Source: Pachysolen tannophilus NRRL Y-2460
Taxonomy: Eukaryota
DNA length: 64,000 nucleotides
Assembly: GCA_001661245.1 (NCBI GenBank)
Contig: KV454014.1
Coordinates: forward strand, 1,084,892 to 1,148,891
Reading direction: 5' to 3'
The translations under genes and the position numbers were made by a program. The stretch's first letter is position 1, and each line of letters starts with the position of its first letter. Positions 22,762 to 33,567 of this stretch are shown here, one piece after another. The notes beneath the pieces were generated by a model, which saw only the letters and a program-made list of their open reading frames with translations, had not been told where the DNA came from and searched no databases.

Positions 22762-23919
22762 TTAAATTTCAGATTTTAAACCTTCTTCAATTAATTTTAA
22801 CAAATAACAGTTGTTAATGATGAAGCTATCAAATTGCATGTAATAATTAGTTAAACAATCATAATCATAAGGACTTCTTGGAGGTACTTCACCGCCTTTG
22901 AATAGTTTGAAGCAAATGTTGAATTCACCATTCTTAGATATTAAAAATTGTTCTCCTTCGTCATTAAAAGTTGTTGCCCATTCGGTATCGAAAAATTCCT
23001 GTTTTTCTAATATCTTCATGTTGCAATTATTCTGGTCACCACTAAGCGATAACTTGATACTAAATTTAATAGTATTTGAATCTTCATCAACCAATAAATT
23101 TATTAAACCATCTTTATCTGTATTCTTGGTGACAATTTTTTTAGTTAAAGGATTCTTTGATGATTTTAATGAGCCTAGCTGGAATATACTGTACATCAGA
23201 TCTTGATTCTGGTTAAATTTATTAGCAGAGTAAGTATCATTATTATTGTTATCATTATTATTATTATTATCATCATCATAATTTTCCCTTTCTGCTTCAA
23301 ATTTTTTTAAATCACAATCTATTTTTTTAAAATCCAAACTATTGATTGATTGTAATGATGTAACCGAATTATTTTTTGAGCCTAATCTAGTGCTGATATT
23401 ACTATTTCCATTACTAGTATTGTTTAAAATTTTTGTCTCATATTCTGAAATATAATTATCAACAGTTTGTGCCGAATAAAGACTTATTGATAAACTATTT
23501 TTACCAACATCAAAATAATTGAAATTATGTAAACTTGAATCATGGTCATGGTCATGGTCATGGTCATTATCATTATCAAGTGATTGCAATAACGGTAACT
23601 TCTTTCGTATTGATTTCATATTACCACTTTTCGTTCCAGGAAATGTTTCTTTTTCTTTCAAATCTGTAATAAACGATAACCCTAATAATGCTTGAGATAA
23701 TTTCTTTGAATCTTGAAATTCTTGTATTTCTCCATATTCCGCCAAATCAAAATTTGGTTCTGATCCTGTTAAAGAACATAACTTTTGATTTAAAGTATAT
23801 AATGATAATTCTCTAATATAATGATTTGTCTTTAATAATTGTGTTAAACTAGTTGAATCCAGTTTTGATATTACCAATAACTGTATCTCCGTAGGTAATG
23901 AATTAAACGTCAACCCCAT
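22762..23919 (-). CDS. F-box domain protein
   Basis: N-terminal FNSLPTEIQLLVISKLDSTSLTQLLKTNHYIR fits the F-box pattern; first ATG at 23919. Confidence 0.75.
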   Translation of the reverse strand: MGLTFNSLPTEIQLLVISKLDSTSLTQLLKTNHYIRELSLYTLNQKLCSLTGSEPNFDLAEYGEIQEFQDSKKLSQALLGLSFITDLKEKETFPGTKSGNMKSIRKKLPLLQSLDNDNDHDHDHDHDSSLHNFNYFDVGKNSLSISLYSAQTVDNYISEYETKILNNTSNGNSNISTRLGSKNNSVTSLQSINSLDFKKIDCDLKKFEAERENYDDDNNNNNDNNNNDTYSANKFNQNQDLMYSIFQLGSLKSSKNPLTKKIVTKNTDKDGLINLLVDEDSNTIKFSIKLSLSGDQNNCNMKILEKQEFFDTEWATTFNDEGEQFLISKNGEFNICFKLFKGGEVPPRSPYDYDCLTNYYMQFDSFIINNCYLLKLIEEGLKSEI

Positions 23920-24647
23920 CTTAAAACTTAAAGTAACTATTAACAACTTATTTCATCCATATTACTATATAATAAATACTCAAAAGAAAAAAAACATAAA
24001 AAGGACATTCCCACTCAATATATATGGCCCGATTCACTTTCTTCCATTATTCCTATACCGTTAGAATATCTTAACCTTATGTGAACTTTGTATTGTTTGA
24101 TCTCATCGCGCGACAAAAAGAAACGTCAAATCCCGGGACAACTTTTCCAGCTTACTTTTAACCAGCGCATTTCTCCGAAAGAGTATTAAAAAAAGAAAAA
24201 AAAAATTTTTTTTTCTCTATTCAATCTTATTCCAGTTCACAAATCTAATAGAGATAAACTTGAACCATAACCAAACAATTCAAGTCCCATATCGATATAT
24301 CCTGTTGAAAGTAAATCGATATCGGTGATGAATATTGGAATTTTTTTTTTTTTTTTTGGTAGTTTTGTTTATTCGGTATCTTTTGCTTCTCGGTTATTCA
24401 GTTGTTTTCTACTTCTGTAGAGGAAGAGTCATCTGATGAAATTTAACTTTGTGCATTTTTCACCCGGTTTTTTCCTTTTAGGAAATTTTTTTTTTTTTTT
24501 TTATTTCGTACTCGGGTTAATGCAAAGAAAATAAAAAAAATAAAAAAAATATTCTAAAACTTTCTAGGAGAGGGATCGAACCTAGGACTAGGCGGTGACT
24601 TACCGCCGTTGACTTGAGACTTGAGACTTAAGATTTGGAACATTTTC

Positions 24648-25928
24648 TTAAATCAAGGGAATCGGTTCTCTATGTGACCCATTATCATTTTGGGTTGGTT
24701 CATTTTGCGACACTACTTTCCCGATGGCGTTATCATGGACGGCTTTTTCCCAATCTTTCCAATCTTTCCAATTTTTCCAATCGGTATAATGATAACTAGT
24801 ATGTGTTGCAAAAGTTGATGGATCGTAAGGAGTAAGTTGCCAACCATTTCTTAACCTTTCAGGTAAATCTGGGTTTGAAGTAAAATATTTACCAAAGCCT
24901 ATTAACGTTTTATCGTTTAAATTAACATCGTTTTCAATAATCTTACTATTACCTTTTTTGTAATCTCTTAGGTACCCACCAGTTCTAATCACTGGACCTT
25001 TCCATATTTCTGAAATCCATTGATTGGGTTGTAACAATATAGCCTCATCTACTGAATGTTTAGGCTCAACTACAGAGACATAAGCTAATGGGAACCCTTT
25101 ATTAGCCCTTTGTTGCAATTCTGAAACTAAATATCCAATTCCAGCTATAGGATGTATGATTTCATTTTCACCTTTCATACCATCAAAAATACCCCAAGGT
25201 GAAATTCTAATAGCTAATTTTTTGGAATCTCCAATTTCTTTTATTAAAAGATCAATTATTTCCAAGATTAGTCTAGAACGATTTTCAATAGAACCTCCAT
25301 ATTTGTCAATTCTTTTATTACTTGAAGGTTGCAAAAATTGATCTAATAAATAACCATGAGCAGCATTTAACTCTATATAATCAAATTTTGCAACATTAAG
25401 GGCAATTTTAGCTGCTTCAACATACTGATTTTTAAAAATTTCAATTTGATCTAAAGTTAAAGATTTTAATTCATTTCCAGCTTCTTGTGCCAGTTTTTCT
25501 TGATCTTTACTGTGATAAACTACTGAAGGAGCAATTAAGGGTAATCCTAATCTTTTCAATTCTTGAAGATCGGCTAATCTTCCCATATTCCATAACTGAC
25601 ATGATACAAATGATCCATTTTGGTGAATCCTATCAGTAATTAATTTCCAAGCATTAGCCTGTTCAGTATTATATATACCAGCAACATACTTCAAGCCTGA
25701 AGCTTCTCTTGATATAAATGCACCTTCTCCAACAATTAGTCCACCATATTGTTGACTTCTTTGATGGTAATATTCTAACATTAAATCCGTTGGTATCCCA
25801 TCAATAGAGGCACGAAGTCTTGTAACTGGCGCATGTACAATTCTATTTTGTAAAAAATTACTACCAACTTGAATCGGCTTAAATAGATTCGTATTACGTA
25901 AAGTGTACTTACTATCTACCAATGTCAT
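24648..25928 (-). CDS. Old yellow enzyme family flavin oxidoreductase, divergent copy
   Basis: NLFKPIQVG, APVTR, AHGYLLDQF, YGGSIENR, RISP, SNPDL; tandem paralog of the next gene. Confidence 0.92.
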   Translation of the reverse strand: MTLVDSKYTLRNTNLFKPIQVGSNFLQNRIVHAPVTRLRASIDGIPTDLMLEYYHQRSQQYGGLIVGEGAFISREASGLKYVAGIYNTEQANAWKLITDRIHQNGSFVSCQLWNMGRLADLQELKRLGLPLIAPSVVYHSKDQEKLAQEAGNELKSLTLDQIEIFKNQYVEAAKIALNVAKFDYIELNAAHGYLLDQFLQPSSNKRIDKYGGSIENRSRLILEIIDLLIKEIGDSKKLAIRISPWGIFDGMKGENEIIHPIAGIGYLVSELQQRANKGFPLAYVSVVEPKHSVDEAILLQPNQWISEIWKGPVIRTGGYLRDYKKGNSKIIENDVNLNDKTLIGFGKYFTSNPDLPERLRNGWQLTPYDPSTFATHTSYHYTDWKNWKDWKDWEKAVHDNAIGKVVSQNEPTQNDNGSHREPIPLI

Positions 25929-26155
25929 TTTTTAATATCTATCAAATTGCTGAACTATAGATTGAATATATAAATTATTTGAATTAAATATTTAAATATT
26001 TATAAATATATATATATTTTTATGTATGTATGTATATAAGTATGTATGTATATATGTATAAAAGAATGGCTTCATATGCACCTCAGAGAAAAACAGTACC
26101 ATTAAACTTAAATATAAGAAAACCTAGAGTTGCCAGAGAGATTCCTAAAGTTTTT

Positions 26156-27409
26156 TTAAGCAGAAACCAATGCAACTGGCAACTTTTTTGATTCTTCATC
26201 TTCTGGTTTGGATTTATTTTCTTGACCATAAAATGTCCAATCACCATAATGATAATTAGTATGGGTATAAAATGTTGGTCTATCATATGGAGTCAATTCT
26301 AAACCATATTTCAATCTTTTAACCAAATCTGGGTTAGAAGTATAATATCTTGAAAATGCAATTAAAGTTCTATTATTCAGATTAACATCATTTCTAATCA
26401 ATTGATAATTATCTTCACGATCGGTTAAATATGCTCCGGCTCTAATGATATTACCTCTCCATATTTGATAAATCCATAAATTTGATTTCAATTGCTTATA
26501 ATCTTTTAAATTTTCAAGCGGAATTGTAAAACCGGCATTAACTCTTGGTTCTACAATAGAAATGTAAGCAAGTTCATTACCCTTATTTGCTCTTTGTTGT
26601 AATTCAGAAAGTAAATATCCAATTCCAACTATAGGATGAATAGATTCGTTTTCACCTTTCATTCCACCAAATTCTGCCCAAGGTGAAACTCTAATTCCTA
26701 TCTTATCAGCACCAATTTCTTTAATTAAAGAATCAATTATTTCTAAGACTAATCTTGCTCTATTTTCAATTGATCCACCATATTTATCAGTTCTATGATT
26801 AGTTGAAGGTTCCAAGAATTGATCCAAGAAATAACCATGAGCAGAATGAATTTCCACATAATCAAAATTTGATACATTAATAGCATATTTTGCAGCTTCA
26901 ATATACAGTTTTTTAAACTCTTCAATTTGCTTTAAAGTTAAAGCTTGTAATTCAACACCAGATTTACGAGCCAGGATCTCAGCATCTTCATTTGGATAAA
27001 CCACTGATGGTGCAACGTATGGAACTCCTCTTTCCTTCAATTCAAAAGGATCAGCAGCTCTACCCAAATTCCATAACTGACAAGAAACAAAAGTACCATG
27101 TTTATGAATCTTATCAGTTATTAACTTCCAAGCCTTTGCCTGTTGTAAAGTATAAATCCCAGGTGCACCAGAATAACCAGAAGCCTCTTTAGAAACAAAA
27201 GTTCCCTCAGTAATAATTAATCCACCATTATCCTTACTTCTATCCTCATAATACTTTAACATCAAATCAGAAGGAACATCGCCAGGTGCAGACCTACTTC
27301 TAGTACTTGGTGCAAACACAGCTCTATTTTTCAATTCCTTAGTCCCAAGTCTAATTGACTTGAACAAGTTTGTATCTTCAAGTGAGTATTTGGTCTTAAC
27401 AATTGACAT
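26156..27409 (-). CDS. Old yellow enzyme family NADPH dehydrogenase / ene-reductase
   Basis: APSTR, EIHSAHGYFLDQF, RTDKYGGSIENRAR, EPRV, SRYYTSNPDL, YDRPTFY; first ATG at 27409. Confidence 0.94.
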   Translation of the reverse strand: MSIVKTKYSLEDTNLFKSIRLGTKELKNRAVFAPSTRSRSAPGDVPSDLMLKYYEDRSKDNGGLIITEGTFVSKEASGYSGAPGIYTLQQAKAWKLITDKIHKHGTFVSCQLWNLGRAADPFELKERGVPYVAPSVVYPNEDAEILARKSGVELQALTLKQIEEFKKLYIEAAKYAINVSNFDYVEIHSAHGYFLDQFLEPSTNHRTDKYGGSIENRARLVLEIIDSLIKEIGADKIGIRVSPWAEFGGMKGENESIHPIVGIGYLLSELQQRANKGNELAYISIVEPRVNAGFTIPLENLKDYKQLKSNLWIYQIWRGNIIRAGAYLTDREDNYQLIRNDVNLNNRTLIAFSRYYTSNPDLVKRLKYGLELTPYDRPTFYTHTNYHYGDWTFYGQENKSKPEDEESKKLPVALVSA

Positions 27410-27634
27410 TTTCAATAGTAATAATAACTTCAATTTTTGATTACTAATTACTAATTTGAAAAAAAAAAAAAAATTATAGTTACAATTATATATTTATATA
27501 TGTCTCTTTTATAATTATGCATAAATTGGCTTCTGAAACGAGTTTTTCCAGAAAATGTAGTTTTTGTCCTAGAAAAACCCCTTCAAAATCCGAACAAAAA
27601 ATTTATAAAAAATTATAAAAAAACAATTTTAAAT

Positions 27635-27726
27635 AGCCCGACGCGGGGGTCGAACCCGCAACCTTTTGATATCCAATTTTAGAAATTCATAAGAGTCAAA
27701 CGCTCTACCGATTGAGCTAGCCAGGC
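27635..27726 (-). tRNA. tRNA-Lys(CUU) with a 19-nt intron (27671-27689)
   Basis: Minus strand reads GCCTGGCTAGCTCAATCGGTAGAGCG-TTTGA-CT-CTT-A-[intron]-A-TCAAA-AGGTT-GCGGG-TTCGACC-CCCGC-GTCGGGCT. All stems pair, mature length is 73 nt, and a T-run follows. Confidence 0.96.
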
Positions 27727-28506
27727 TAATTTCAACGTAACCAGGAACCCTAAATTTTGTATGATGCTACCACGTACAACATTAAAGATTTTATTTATAA
27801 AAAAAAAAATTGTAATTAACAAAAAGTTAGTAGAGAATTTAATTTAATTTTTATGTTTTAAATGACCAAACCCAACCCAAAAAAAAATGTACCAAAGTTT
27901 TACCTATGTTATGTATTTTATTTGTTAGTATTTAAAATCTTGTTTATTCTATTAAACCTTCTTCATCACATCACTACTGATAACCTGATTTTTTCTTTTT
28001 TCCTTTTTTTTTTTTCTTTTGCATTTTTTCGCTGCTAGGTTAATGCACTATTAAAGGTAGCCAGATTTATAGATAACGAAAAAATTAGAAAAATCACCAG
28101 ACTAAAAGATTATTACTTGAGGAAATATGAAGAGTGATTTGGAGAAAATATAGAAGAAGGGTTTATGGGCTGTTTGATTTTGTTGCAAGAATTAGAAGAG
28201 TATTGGATGACTTTTAATTAATTAATACTAGGTTGGTTGTGTATTTTTTTTTGGGTGCCGCCGACAAATATTCTTATGGAGGAGGCCAATATTTTTTGTG
28301 GTACTATTTATCATCCAGGGTGTGAGGTGATTTTTAGTAATACTTTCTTTTGTATTTGTAGACTGTAGACTTTGAACAATATAAATAGATCTTAATTCAC
28401 CTTTTGTAAAATTGTAATTTCATTATTGTAAAACATCAATTATAATTTCTAAAGAAATAAAATAAAAAAAATCAACTATTTTTCAATTACTACTAAAATT
28501 TCAATC

Positions 28507-28692
28507 ATGGCCGGTCTTATTAACGTACAAACCATTAAGAACGTTGCAATTTTCACTGCTGCTGTTGCTCCTCTTGCTGTAAGTGGTTTTATTGTAAGAC
28601 CAACATTTAAAGGTGTTATTACTTTAAAGACAAAGGAAGATGATACTTTAGACAAACAATTCTTGGAAGGTTACAGTAAAGGTGGTCTTTAA
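28507..28692 (+). CDS. 61-aa small hydrophobic protein, member 1 of the local family
   Basis: TATAAATA at 28380, A-rich leader, biased codons (GCT, GGT, GTT, TTC), one hydrophobic segment; aligns without gaps to the 29.0-29.5 kb gene. Confidence 0.8.
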   Translation: MAGLINVQTIKNVAIFTAAVAPLAVSGFIVRPTFKGVITLKTKEDDTLDKQFLEGYSKGGL

Positions 28693-29006
28693 AAGTAATA
28701 TACCAAAAATGGTAAAGCATATGATGATGATGATGATGATGATTTTTTGATGATGATGATTTTTTTTAACGAAGTTATGGATTTAATATTTATTTGTGTC
28801 TAGAGTTTTCGTTTATATATTTATTTAATAATAAAAATAATAATGTTAATTTTATTTATGTAAAAGTTATGATGATATGGATGCCATATTTAAATAAATA
28901 AAAAATAAATTAAAAGAAAAAAGAAACCCCTATCCGCTTTTTACCCCTAAATTACCAGCATTTGAGGTTTCAATATTTGAGGTTTTTTTTTTCTTTTTTT
29001 TCGAAA

Positions 29007-29453
29007 TTACCACTCATCAACTCTTTCAAAACAATTTCTTTCAATTTGTTCAACTCTTTGTTGGTTTTCAAGGGCACTTAACTTGGAAATATCTTCTTTG
29101 CCGCTATTGGCACCAATACCGAATAAAGGTTGAAGAGCTTTACCATTAGCATAATCATCTAGAAATTTTAAATGCCAATTCAATAAACTAAGACTATGCT
29201 TGATATCGTGTAAATCGTTTTGGTCTTGTTCTAATTTACCATTAACCACTCTTTCAAATCTAGGTCTTACTACAAAACTTGTAATAAGAAGTGGGGCCAT
29301 TAAGCCTCCAACAAAACCAAATGTTCTTAAGCTTTGGATTAAAAAATGTTAGTGGAAAGAAAACATGGTTAATATAGCTGATAAAAGCTAAATGTTGTTA
29401 AAATATACTCACTTTGGGTGACTAGCAAAATATTTTTGTAATACAAACAGCAT
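29007..29453 (-). CDS. 121-aa small membrane protein, member 2; exons 29453-29413 and 29331-29007
   Basis: ATG at 29453; removing the intron gives an in-frame join to the listed 97-aa ORF: M(A)FVLQKYFASHPNLRTFGFVGGLMAPLLITSFVVRPRF... Confidence 0.8.
29332..29412 (-). other. Spliceosomal intron, 81 nt, phase 2
   Basis: GTGAGT donor, CACTAAC branch point (29354-29348), AAG acceptor; splicing restores the reading frame. Confidence 0.75.
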
Positions 29454-30007
29454 ACTTATTTTCGTATCTTAAAATTAATTATTAATGATAATAATATTAA
29501 TAATAAATCAGATTTGCGATTCTATTTAAATAGTCAATTATAGTTCTTCTCCCCTTTTACTATTTGAATAAATTTAGTCTAAGGTCAGGTCAGGTTTTAA
29601 AAATTAAGCAACCAAATATTACAATCCTCAAAATTTATTGGACCTATTATGTTTCCAATGTTGTTTATCTTGCTAACTTACATAGTCATCGCTGATCTGC
29701 AAAAATGTATAGAAAATAAAAGAAAATGCATCTTTTCTTTTTCCCCACATTTTTCTTTAGTACCCAATTTTTATTTTTCAGCGGTATTACTCTCGCCGTA
29801 CGTTCAAATATTCATTCAAAACTTGATATTGATTCATAATATCAAAATTACTTTTTAATTCAATCAATGACAAATTGTCGTTACTCATTACTATAAATTA
29901 ATATATGACTCTATTAAAGAAAAGAAAATAAAAAGAAAATAATAAAAAAAAAGTGAAGTAAAGTAAAGTAAAGTAAAGCATATGGTTGCAAATTGTACAA
30001 TTTATTT

Positions 30008-32434
30008 TTATTTTTTTTTACCTAATCCAAACAATCTTAAAAACAGATTTGGCTCCTTTTTCTCTTTAGAACCATAACATTGACTTGAAGCACTTTTTGC
30101 AATGCTTTTGTCTCCACTGTTATTCTGAGACAATTTTCTCTTTAATTCTGCATTACTGTAACTCTTAGACTTGTACAAATTACTTGAATTCTCTGTGTTA
30201 CCAGAAATGGATGATCCAGTTGTAATATTTGAAATTGAGGGCCCCAACAAGGATTTGACTTTATAACAAGAAGTTCCATTGCCAAAATCATCAACATCTC
30301 CAAACGTTACTTTAGTAGACGTTGGATAAAACGATTGTGGTGTCTGTACACCTGAAGATATAGATGAACGAGTCGAAGCTTGATTATTTCTCTTAATGTC
30401 CTTAATTGAACTTTTGCGAGACCTATCTGATATGGAAATTAAAATCAGCGCAAATTGATCGTTTTTTATATGAAACTTGGTTTTATCATTTTCTTCTTGA
30501 TCTTCGTCTTCTGCCACAATTTTGGTAGCACTTGTTGATAAAGTACTATTTGTATACCTCTTTAAACCTAACAGTAAATCATCCTCTTCTAACAAGTCAT
30601 CATCATCACCATCATTATCGCTACTATCGTAATCATTATCATTATCATCATCATCATCATCAACAACAACATTATAACCATCAGAGACTCCATTTTCGTT
30701 TTGTTTTGACAGCTTTAAATAATCTTTATTCTTTCCACCTTCGTCATTTTGCTTAATGATTACCGGGATGTTTTGCTCAGGTAAGTTTTTTTGCAGCTGA
30801 ATCAGATTATCTTTTAACTCAAAATCTTTTCCGGTTGCTCTGATGTCTAATTTGAATTTATTTAATTCATTCAAATCAGCCGCTTCATTTGCTTCATTTG
30901 TCACTACAATGACAGGAACATGACTTTTTGACAAAATATAACTAGTTAATTTTACACATTTAACTCCATCAAGCTTATAAGAACCATTGTAACCTAATCC
31001 TAATGAAGAAACGGTTCTCGTCATACTTGAAGTACTACTTTTCCTCATATTTGGGAATGGATAAGCATTCAAAGTTTCACCTCCATAACTTGAACCTGAT
31101 GATTGACTAAACAACCTATTCATTTTATTTTCATAAATTTTACTGCCAATTACAATTAAACAAGGTTGGTATAGTTTGTAACAGCTTTTGAAAACCTGTT
31201 TTGAAGATTCACAATTAATAATCTCAGCGCTTATACGAATCTTCTTATCAGGATTATATCTAGAAAGTAAGGTAGTTGTATAATCCAAGATATTTTGACA
31301 TTTTTCATAAATTAATGTAGATGAAACATTATAAGTTTTGGAAGATTCAAAACCTTCAATATCGTACTCAATTTTCTTATGATGAATTATGTTTGTTTCA
31401 GATGGGTCTAGTTCCATTTCTTCGACCGGGATATGTGATGTAATAACTATGTGGTCACCATCTTGTACTAGATATCTAGTGATATAATCGATTGAATTCC
31501 AAGTGTGCTTCCTCCCTGTAATAACTGTTAGTATGGTTCTATATCCATTTTGCAGTTCGAGATCACTGTCATCCTGTAAATCACCCTTCTTTGTATAATT
31601 TTTGTGTTTTATAGTTAAGCAACAAGCTCCATAAGTTATTACTGGAGTTGTTGGATACATCTTGCTTGTTAAACTTTTAATTACCGTGCTTCTATCTCTA
31701 ATGGCTCCATTGCTACTATTATTAATATTATTAATATTATTGATATCATTGCTGTTATTAATATTGTGATTGCTACCACCACCATAATTACCCGCTATGC
31801 TGGGAACGGTCAGTGCTGATAATTGAGCACTTTCAGTCTTGAAATCAAAGCTATTCATATCTAATTTTGACTTTGAATGAGATTCGTAAAATTTTTCTAA
31901 TGCTAATAATTCTTCTATAGTCATATCTGCAAACGATTTTCTATGACGAGTTGGTTGTGATTGTTGTAGCAGCAGCAGCAGCAGCTGCTGCTGTTCCCCC
32001 AGAGAAGAAACAGGAGAGAACGATTCATCTGCAGTTCCGCTACCTAGCACCTGCTCCTGAGCCGGATCCACAGATTGATCCTGGTTCTGGTTCTGCTCCT
32101 GAACCTGAGCTAAATCCAGATCCAGATCCAGAGGTAACGACATTGAATACCTAATTTCATTATAATGGGGTTTTTTCAAAATCGATTTTTCCGGTGGTGG
32201 GGGCAACCTCCTAATTTTCCCTGAACCCTGATTAAACCAATGCGAATCTGACGATGAATAATGCTGTTCAATATTATTAATGTTACCGCCACCAAATCCA
32301 AAATTTAAATCTAGTTTTTTCTTCTTGCTAAAATTTGAATTATCCTTAAACTGCGGAGGCACATGTAACGGATTTGATGGATCGATATAAGTTGGTGATA
32401 TGTTATTAAAAGAAACCTGATGTGAATACGGCAT
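30008..32434 (-). CDS. Large low-complexity protein with a universal stress protein (Usp)-like domain
   Basis: Usp-like segments: TILTVITG...DYITRYLVQDGDHIVI, LYQPCLIVIGS, KLTSYILSKSHVPVIVV. First ATG at 32434. Confidence 0.7.
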   Translation of the reverse strand: MPYSHQVSFNNISPTYIDPSNPLHVPPQFKDNSNFSKKKKLDLNFGFGGGNINNIEQHYSSSDSHWFNQGSGKIRRLPPPPEKSILKKPHYNEIRYSMSLPLDLDLDLAQVQEQNQNQDQSVDPAQEQVLGSGTADESFSPVSSLGEQQQLLLLLLQQSQPTRHRKSFADMTIEELLALEKFYESHSKSKLDMNSFDFKTESAQLSALTVPSIAGNYGGGSNHNINNSNDINNINNINNSSNGAIRDRSTVIKSLTSKMYPTTPVITYGACCLTIKHKNYTKKGDLQDDSDLELQNGYRTILTVITGRKHTWNSIDYITRYLVQDGDHIVITSHIPVEEMELDPSETNIIHHKKIEYDIEGFESSKTYNVSSTLIYEKCQNILDYTTTLLSRYNPDKKIRISAEIINCESSKQVFKSCYKLYQPCLIVIGSKIYENKMNRLFSQSSGSSYGGETLNAYPFPNMRKSSTSSMTRTVSSLGLGYNGSYKLDGVKCVKLTSYILSKSHVPVIVVTNEANEAADLNELNKFKLDIRATGKDFELKDNLIQLQKNLPEQNIPVIIKQNDEGGKNKDYLKLSKQNENGVSDGYNVVVDDDDDDNDNDYDSSDNDGDDDDLLEEDDLLLGLKRYTNSTLSTSATKIVAEDEDQEENDKTKFHIKNDQFALILISISDRSRKSSIKDIKRNNQASTRSSISSGVQTPQSFYPTSTKVTFGDVDDFGNGTSCYKVKSLLGPSISNITTGSSISGNTENSSNLYKSKSYSNAELKRKLSQNNSGDKSIAKSASSQCYGSKEKKEPNLFLRLFGLGKKK

Positions 32435-33567
32435 ATCAATCTTTACCAAGTCAAGTTCTTTCTAAACCAGTGATGGATCAATATCAATAAACAAAATTGA
32501 AAAATATAAAAAAAATATCTTGTACCAAATATTGGGGTATTATTTATTTATCTCTTTATACGGAATGCACCTTAGTCAGATGACTTTCTTTGCTCTGCAT
32601 GAAACTAATAAAAAAGACAAAATATATATATAAAATTATAAAATTAACAACAATTCAATTCAATAAATTATAGCTCTTTAATATCACTTTCTTTTATTTC
32701 ATCTACTTTATCAATTAATTTGGGGAAAGTTATTTATAATTATAGATAAATTAATTTATAAAAAAATTGATGTTGTGGTATTAATTATCTGCAACTAATT
32801 TAGCGCCAAGCAATCTCATCGCTCTAATGAAAACTACATTTAAAACTCGTGGCTATAGCATCTTTTTGTCTTTTCATTTTAACAATTTTCTCAGTAATTA
32901 TAAAGATTGGAATCGGGATATACTTCACAAGATGAACACAAGGTTGTCCCCCACTTATTGATCGAGGTCCAGAGGTTCTAGGTATATCTTGAAATCAAGT
33001 TTCTTGTGTTTGGTAGTGTTCCGGTGGTGTATTGGGATTGATGCATGATCAACGTTTTGATCATTTCACATTTAATTATTTGATTTGTTTAAAAAGTACC
33101 ACGTTATTTCCTAGTTACAATTACTACAAAAGACACCATTACGAGAATATATAAAAAAAAATTAAGTTTTTTCATTTCAATAATACTTTATCTGAAAATA
33201 TATATATATATTAAATATATATATATATATCGGTTTTTACTTGCTAAGTTATAAGTTGGCACTTCTTGTTTCCGGAATGTACGTAGACGTGCACATTTTA
33301 ATTGCTGTAAAATTCTTTTATTGTTATAGGTTTTTGGTTTATAATTGCTGATTGGATACAAGGTCCGCTACGGTAATTTTCCTAGAAAAGATCTTCTTCT
33401 TTCTTTTCCCTTCCTCGACCGAGACATGGATTTTGCTTTCAGACATGGCAAGTAAAAAACCTTACACTCATTAAGTGATTTTGTAAAGTTATAAATATGT
33501 TATTGTAGAATTTAACAAGTGATTGGATAAAGTAGAATTAAAGAGCAAAAAAAAAAAGAAAAAGAAA

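Noticed and set aside
31970..31993. CUG=Ser or literal poly-Leu reading of the CTG run
   Set aside because: Poly-Leu is implausible in this disordered context. Ser fits a few sites, but most informative positions favour Ala.
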